The position numbers and the translations under genes are program-made. A model generated the notes under the pieces. It did no database searches and had not been told where the DNA came from. It saw only the letters and a list, made by a program, of their open reading frames with translations. A stretch of 63,616 nt of DNA, the filler included. It is 6 parts of 6 records of this genome, joined end to end, with 100 filler letters (N's around TTAATTAATTAA, not from the genome) between each part and the next. Parts side by side here need not be neighbours in the genome. Positions count along the whole stretch, not along the records: positions 58,347 to 63,616 come from SRR31156797_45801; 5 more parts are not named here. One strand, written 5' to 3'. Below, piece after piece: positions 58,349 through 63,616 of the stretch; position 1 is the first letter of the stretch, and every line of letters begins with the position of its first letter.

Positions 58349-58963
58349 GAAGTTCTTCTATTTGAGCCTTCAAAAGCACCGGACGCTTCAGAAATGATTA
58401 ATCGAACTCAGCGACCAGACATGACAGTTGGCCGTGCTGCATTACTTGGTTTAATGGAGCGGTACCTGGCTGGGCTTATGGACGTTGCTGTGAGCCTTCT
58501 TGAACTTCATAAGCTGATGTATTTTATGCAGGAATCAGGTGAACCGTTACGGCTGAAGTTTTCGAAAGGACCCTATGGTCCCTATGCAGAAAACCTGAAG
58601 AATGTATTAAGTCATATAGAAGGACATTTTGTTACTGGTTACGGAGATGGCGGCGATGATCCGGGTAAACTCATTGAACCACAACCCGATGCCATTGAAG
58701 AGGCCAGACTGTTCCTGAAAAAACATCCGGCAACTTCTGCGCACTTTCAAAGGCTCTCTGATCTCATTGATGGATTTGAATCTCCCTATGCTATGGAGTT
58801 GCTTTCAACTGTCCATTGGGTTGTTGTTCATGAAGAAGCACAATCAAAAGAACATGTAATTGAAAGCGTCCATGGCTGGAATTCAAGAAAAAGCCAGATC
58901 CCCCGGGAACACATTCATATTGCATGGAACCGCTTGAAAGACGAAGGTTGGATTCCAGCCTGA
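58349..58963 (+). CDS. darG: DarG-type antitoxin C-terminal domain (5' truncated; macrodomain off-contig)
   Basis: Frame is open from the contig edge (EVLLFEP...). MT.GRAAL..LM.RY, SLLE.HKLMYF.QE.GE.L.L.F.KG.YGPYA.NL, GFESP..MELLSTVHWV and W..RK match the DarG C-terminal region. Confidence 0.78.
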   Translation, partial: EVLLFEPSKAPDASEMINRTQRPDMTVGRAALLGLMERYLAGLMDVAVSLLELHKLMYFMQESGEPLRLKFSKGPYGPYAENLKNVLSHIEGHFVTGYGDGGDDPGKLIEPQPDAIEEARLFLKKHPATSAHFQRLSDLIDGFESPYAMELLSTVHWVVVHEEAQSKEHVIESVHGWNSRKSQIPREHIHIAWNRLKDEGWIPA

Positions 58964-59002
58964 TCTCGTATGATCAGAGAAGCACTACCTGAATATTCTT
59001 CT

Positions 59003-59317
59003 TTATTCATTTTCCAGTCTTTCAGGATGGGGTGTTCCATACTCCAGGTAGTTCTTAATGTAGAATTCAATGGAATGTGCAGTTCCTGTTTTGAAATACT
59101 TGCCCGTGCTCTTTTCAACGATGACTGGAGAATTACCTCCAAACCGCCATTTTGGATCACCGGTTTCGAGAAATTTTCTACTTTCATAGAAAAACACCCA
59201 GGCATTTTCCAGCTCAATGGTAGATGAATCGACAATCCAGCATTTATATCTGGCCTCCTCCCGGCTCTTATTAAGTAGCTTTAAAACCAGTTGTTTTGCA
59301 GACTCTCTGTCGATCAT
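59003..59317 (-). CDS. YrhB/Imm35-like immunity protein
   Basis: TIE....WVFFY.S..FLETGD....GGN.P.IV.K.TG pattern; 104 aa. Confidence 0.75.
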   Translation of the reverse strand: MIDRESAKQLVLKLLNKSREEARYKCWIVDSSTIELENAWVFFYESRKFLETGDPKWRFGGNSPVIVEKSTGKYFKTGTAHSIEFYIKNYLEYGTPHPERLENE

Positions 59318-59334
59318 TTCTTTTATCCCAGCTG

Positions 59335-59931
59335 CTACTCTACTTCTGGATCACTGTGCTGAAGGATGTTAAAGAACCTCCTGGCGATGTCTACGAATGA
59401 CAACAGGGTTGCAAAGATCGACGTGATGATGATCGTGAATCCGATTTTCGCAAGCAGAGTGACCGACGACGAAGATAGCCATTCGCTATACCGGGTTGTC
59501 CGCACTATATATTCGTCTGGAGCCACGAGGAAAAACGCACAAGCTAGCATTGCGAGGAAATGAACCAGGAGTATCCAGGTGATCGCGACATGGATGTCCA
59601 TGTAGTTCAAAGCGCGAAATCGCGTGTTGCGGAATCTGACTTTCGCAACGTAATCTGATTCTAGATGGTATTTCAAAGAGCCAGAGATGAGATGCAGTAT
59701 AGCCAGAACAACCATTAATAAAGTGTCAATGATCATCAGCATCGTCAGGTAAGTCAGGCACGTATCCCTTGTAGGGATGACTCCATGGCAAATAAAAAGA
59801 ATTCCCAGAATCAATGGGATCAATAGAAGAACGATCAACCGCCGAAAACGGAAGTAACGGGTGATTCCATCGTTGTAGGGTGCAAAGTAGCTGTATGCGA
59901 TTCCAAGCAGGCTGGTGTAGGTGATGTCCAT
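59335..59931 (-). CDS. Hypothetical 4-TM membrane protein
   Basis: 198 aa, four hydrophobic segments, GAGGA RBS. Confidence 0.65.
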   Translation of the reverse strand: MDITYTSLLGIAYSYFAPYNDGITRYFRFRRLIVLLLIPLILGILFICHGVIPTRDTCLTYLTMLMIIDTLLMVVLAILHLISGSLKYHLESDYVAKVRFRNTRFRALNYMDIHVAITWILLVHFLAMLACAFFLVAPDEYIVRTTRYSEWLSSSSVTLLAKIGFTIIITSIFATLLSFVDIARRFFNILQHSDPEVE

Positions 59932-60000
59932 TAGTTCTTATGTTCCTCTTGTTCTGCAGTGTTTTCAGATCAATCAACAATTAAGGATTATCACATTCCA

Positions 60001-60465
60001 TTATGTATCTTTTGTCTGAAAGAAGAAATCTGAAAATGAGTCGTATTCTCTTTCTTTCTCCGGTTCTTCTTCAAGATAGAAGAATACACCTTGTTCCTTT
60101 TGGAAGAAAAATAACTGGTATCCCTGGTGCATGAAGAACACAAACGAGCCTTCTGGTAATGTCTTTCCGTTTTCTTCCAGAAGTTCCTTGCCCCATTCCT
60201 GCATCTGTATGAGAAGACTCCAGTCAAAATCACTTCCAACCCAGTAGTTCCGCGATCCTTTGCCCGCGTACTTCAGGAAAAGTCGATAGTCGTCTGGAAG
60301 GCATACGTTAAATTGTTCCTCCAGTGCCTGAATCTCCTCTTCCGTGCAGCATGGTTTGTGCCGCTTTTTCAGGTATTCGTACAATCTGCTGCAGGAATCA
60401 TCATCGTCGCAGGTTGCGTCGTGTTTATCCTGAAACAGGCTTTGGGAAAAACGTCGTATGTTCAT
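60001..60465 (-). CDS. SMI1/KNR4 (SUKH) family immunity protein
   Basis: CTEEEIQALEEQFNVCLPDDYRLFL...FFMHQGYQ...SFSDFF. Confidence 0.85.
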   Translation of the reverse strand: MNIRRFSQSLFQDKHDATCDDDDSCSRLYEYLKKRHKPCCTEEEIQALEEQFNVCLPDDYRLFLKYAGKGSRNYWVGSDFDWSLLIQMQEWGKELLEENGKTLPEGSFVFFMHQGYQLFFFQKEQGVFFYLEEEPEKEREYDSFSDFFFQTKDT

Positions 60466-60944
60466 TCGTCTCTACCGCTCTCCTGTTTGCAGGCTCGTTT
60501 GCGCAAAGCGTCATCCTGTTGAATAAGGTCATCAATCTGCCAGTACCAGACATATTCCAGTTGAGTGAATCCTTCGGGCGTGACGTAGATCAGGAGCCTG
60601 CTGAGTCCGAGTGACTTTGCGGGTTCAGGCTCAATGAACATAAGGTAGTGCACATCGAGGCAGTCGTCTTCAAGCGGCCTGAAGATCGGGCGTTTCCAGG
60701 GAGCGAGGGGAGGAATATCCCCCCTCGCTTCACCTGAGTTCATATACAGAGTTTCAAATTCCGCAATATCCGTTGAGAGTTTGATGTTGTTTTCATGACA
60801 ATACCAGCTTGCGTGAGCGTAGGGGGCATATATGTAAAACCGTCGGCCAATCCAGATATATTCGTACAAACCGATTCCGGTCAGAAAAACCAAACCTGCC
60901 AACAGGAGTACGAGGTATCGAAGGATTTTTCTACGTTTTCTCAT
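60462..60944 (-). CDS. Hypothetical membrane-anchored protein
   Basis: Basic N-terminus plus TM helix; ATGA overlap with the SUKH gene. Confidence 0.65.
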   Translation of the reverse strand: MRKRRKILRYLVLLLAGLVFLTGIGLYEYIWIGRRFYIYAPYAHASWYCHENNIKLSTDIAEFETLYMNSGEARGDIPPLAPWKRPIFRPLEDDCLDVHYLMFIEPEPAKSLGLSRLLIYVTPEGFTQLEYVWYWQIDDLIQQDDALRKRACKQESGRDE

Positions 60945-60947
60945 ACA

Positions 60948-61970
60948 TTACTTTCCGCCAGGTTTCGTGCACTTAGAACTTGTGCAACAGCCAACCCCTG
61001 TGTTCTCTTTCAGTTTTTCTATTTTTTCGCGATTGCCCTGTTCGTTGACATTGTACTGAATTTTCTGTTTGTAATCTAATACATAGGTAGCCGGCGGCGG
61101 TTCGATTGTCATATCCTGGTCACGGATGGTTGCGTCGCACTCTGCGGATTCCAGAAACCATTCTCGTAATCGGATCCCTGTTTCGGGACGATAAAGTGGC
61201 GCCAGGTAATAAACCGCTCTTGAAGGAATCGTAACTCCTTTCAGTAGTTGTGTTTCTTTCAGAATGTACACAAAATGATAGCCATTGCTTTTACCGGGTT
61301 GATAATCCATTCTGGCTTTTCGCACAACATAATGATGCTGTGGATCAACCCAGAGTTGAACCTGGTAATCATCCGGGGGACTGGCTAACCGGACACAGTT
61401 ATATCCTTCAACATCTTCTCTGCCCTGTATCGTCATCGGGTATTCGTCCATCAGGTTCCGGATATCGTTTGGCGTCTCGAAAAAACGGATTCCCATAGGA
61501 GTGAGAAAGTGCGAGTACGCCATCATCCCGTTCTTAAAGGTTCCTTCGGGTAAGATAATCACGGTCTGTCTTTCCGTTTCGATACCCCCCAGAGACCGGA
61601 ACTCCGAGTCATGCCAACTGTATTTGCTGTGTTTGAAAAAGCCGGTATTCCTCGTCTGCTTGACATCGATTTGCCAGGAATGGGGGGATGCGATGATTGC
61701 TTCAGTTTTATAGATCTGGTGAAGCTTGGGAACGATAGTCCAGTTCTTTCGATCGAGAGGATCTTTGTCCATATCCACTACGTACTTCTTCGTAGTCATT
61801 GCCAGGCGGGTCTGATCCCAGGTATGAATCCATTGATCGACACCCTCCTTGACGGTTTCCAGATCGACATCAGCATACTCCTTCAGGCTCACATGATTCT
61901 GGGAGCAGCCCGCGATGAGAATTCCAGTAAGACACAACAATCCGATTGCATTGCGCAACTTCGTGGCCAT
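60948..61970 (-). CDS. Hypothetical lipoprotein (beta-rich, possibly LolA-like fold)
   Basis: Lipobox IAGC; GREDVEGYNC..L......LWVD pattern. Probable start MATKLR at 61970 after AGGAG. Confidence 0.65.
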   Translation of the reverse strand: MATKLRNAIGLLCLTGILIAGCSQNHVSLKEYADVDLETVKEGVDQWIHTWDQTRLAMTTKKYVVDMDKDPLDRKNWTIVPKLHQIYKTEAIIASPHSWQIDVKQTRNTGFFKHSKYSWHDSEFRSLGGIETERQTVIILPEGTFKNGMMAYSHFLTPMGIRFFETPNDIRNLMDEYPMTIQGREDVEGYNCVRLASPPDDYQVQLWVDPQHHYVVRKARMDYQPGKSNGYHFVYILKETQLLKGVTIPSRAVYYLAPLYRPETGIRLREWFLESAECDATIRDQDMTIEPPPATYVLDYKQKIQYNVNEQGNREKIEKLKENTGVGCCTSSKCTKPGGK

Positions 61971-62489
61971 TTTCACTTCTCCTGATTTGTTTTTTCCAGC
62001 CCGCAAAACGTGACGTGCACAGGGTGAGACACTTGGTTCAACTGGTCGGATCTGAACCGCTGACCTGTCGTCTCATGCGCTCAATGAATATACAGTGGTC
62101 AGCAATCACTGGTTTCATGGAAAGTGATACAGTTTTCCCGGATTTCAGGACGCCCCTATGAATCGAAGCTTGTATTTCTCATATTTGACTTCAAATGTTA
62201 ATCTAGGGTGTCTTGTGTCTGCTAAGTTCAAGTCCACTTCTGACCATAATATATAGCTTCTCCTGTGACTTAGCGGATTGTGATCTTTTTCACATCGCGG
62301 CCTGTGAATAAACGCGGTAACCAATGTGTCACAAGAAAGTTCCATCAGTGGCTGATGGGGTGCATCCGTATTGACGAAGCGGTGTATATTGGCTACGATC
62401 CTCCCCCTGACCGACATGATGGGGATTCGGATCGACATCCAGATGGTTTAGGTTCGTTTTGTTACCACAGGATTAGTGGAGATTATTCG

Positions 62490-63401
62490 TTGGCTTACGA
62501 TAGCGTTGTATGCGTAAAACAGGTGCCGGATACCGCCAATGTTACTGGCGAGGCAATGCGCGAGAACGGAACCGTTAACCGGGCCGCTCTTCCGGCAATT
62601 TTCAATCCCGAAGATCTCAATGCACTCGAAGCTGCTCTCGAAGTCCGCGACCGGTTCGGTGGAACCGTTACCGTGCTGACGATGGGTCCGCTCAACGCGT
62701 GCGAAGTATTGCGGGAATGTCTCTACCGCGGTGCCGACAGGGCGATCCTGCTGACTGACCGCGGTGCAGCCGGTAGTGATACACTCGCTACGGGATACAT
62801 TCTCAACCAGGCAATCCGTAAAATGGATAAGGTCGACCTCGTCTTCTGTGGTCGCCAGGCCATCGACGGCGATACCGCACAGGTAGGACCGCAGACGGCC
62901 GAAAAGCTTGGGTTCCCGCAGATTACCTATCTTGAAGAAGTGATCTCCGTGAACAACGGAACGATCAAGGCAAAGCGCAACGTCGGCAACGGCTGGGAAA
63001 TTCTCGAGTCGCCGCTGCCTTGTCTGCTGACCGTGCTGGATTCCAATCTGCCGCGTCCGCAGGCCGCCCGTCTTGCCATGAAGTACAAGCAGGCACTGGC
63101 TCCGGACGAAGTTCGCCGCAAGGTCAATGCGGAGATGAAGGGTGCCGACGACGCGACGAAAGACGCCGAAGTCGAAAAGCGCGTTGCCGCCCTGAAAGAA
63201 AAGAATCTCCTGATCGACCAGTGGAACCTTGAACACGTCGAAGCCGACCTCGAATGGTGTGGCCTGAAAGGCTCACCCACCTGGGTGAACCGCATTCAGT
63301 CGATCGTTCTCACCAAGGAAGGTCACGTGCAGGTTGAGCCGACCGAAGATGGCGTCCGCGGCATGATCCGCGAACTCATCGTCGATCGTACTCTCGGCTA
63401 A
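62490..63401 (+). CDS. etfB: Electron transfer flavoprotein beta subunit
   Basis: VCVKQVPDT, NP.D..ALE.AL, MGP, GSDTLAT, CGRQAIDGDTAQVGP, GLKGSPT. Probable TTG start at 62490. Confidence 0.93.
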   Translation: MAYDSVVCVKQVPDTANVTGEAMRENGTVNRAALPAIFNPEDLNALEAALEVRDRFGGTVTVLTMGPLNACEVLRECLYRGADRAILLTDRGAAGSDTLATGYILNQAIRKMDKVDLVFCGRQAIDGDTAQVGPQTAEKLGFPQITYLEEVISVNNGTIKAKRNVGNGWEILESPLPCLLTVLDSNLPRPQAARLAMKYKQALAPDEVRRKVNAEMKGADDATKDAEVEKRVAALKEKNLLIDQWNLEHVEADLEWCGLKGSPTWVNRIQSIVLTKEGHVQVEPTEDGVRGMIRELIVDRTLG

Positions 63402-63607
63402 GCTATTGCAGTTGCGAAGGTTACGGACCTTTCACGACAGGTCCGGCAAGCAGACAGGATACTGAGAAGTCAGGGGCGGTCAGCATCACACAGGTTGCCG
63501 CAGCGAGTAGGAAGACAGGATCCCGCGGGCGCGGGCAGGATTCGACAAACGGCTTGAATCGCATTCTTCACCACCTGATTTCATAACTTTGAGCGAAGCG
63601 AAACAAC

Positions 63608-63616
63608 ATGATTGAA
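63608..63616 (+). CDS. Possible start of the next gene (etfA expected), cut by the window end
   Basis: ATG ATT GAA at the window end, downstream of etfB. Only three codons are visible. Confidence 0.25.

Noticed and set aside
62145-62438. 97-aa minus-strand ORF between the lipoprotein gene and etfB
   Set aside because: No recognisable motif or RBS, and it overlaps the likely etfB promoter region.
63515-63560. GGATTCGAC resembling a tmRNA or tRNA end
   Set aside because: No acceptor stem or full structure fits; only a short GATTC...GAATC hairpin.

Overview
This window is not one genomic region. It is six contigs joined by artificial 100-bp spacers (N44-TTAATTAATTAA-N44), probably from several organisms. 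Contig 1 (1-10701, high GC, alphaproteobacterial-like): tctABC, a Cys-type sulfatase, a LysR regulator, and an Fe/2-AEP-type ABC transporter ending in a PbfA-like class III PLP enzyme. Contig 2 (10802-18637, deltaproteobacterial-like): NIPSNAP, an orphan DesII-like radical SAM enzyme, a small nitrite/sulfite-reductase-family protein, a sigma54-driven GcvT/DmmD-like gene with three palindromic enhancer-like sites, an alkylsulfatase lipoprotein and AraC. Contig 3 (18738-24622): a sigma54-driven acetoin/2-oxoacid dehydrogenase operon and an SPFH gene. Contig 4 (24723-49357, Desulfovibrionaceae-like): a tight operon of ATP-grasp ligase, divergent glutamate/lysine 2,3-aminomutase-like radical SAM and M20 peptidase, followed by TAXI-TRAP, an amino-acid ABC transporter, cbiC, kor genes, punA, motAB, an atypical acetyl-CoA carboxylase and ssb. 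Contig 5 (49458-58246): an FG-GAP protein, a 1404-aa PlsA/Ger-like activase-reductase fusion and RNase E/G. Contig 6 (58347-63616): the DarG C-terminus, a cluster of toxin-immunity-type genes and etfB. The best candidate for an undescribed system is the ligase/aminomutase/peptidase operon, because its mutase lacks the substrate-specifying residues of both known KamA-type enzymes. The orphan DesII-like enzyme is second. All family assignments come from motif recognition and recalled reference sequences; no database search was run.
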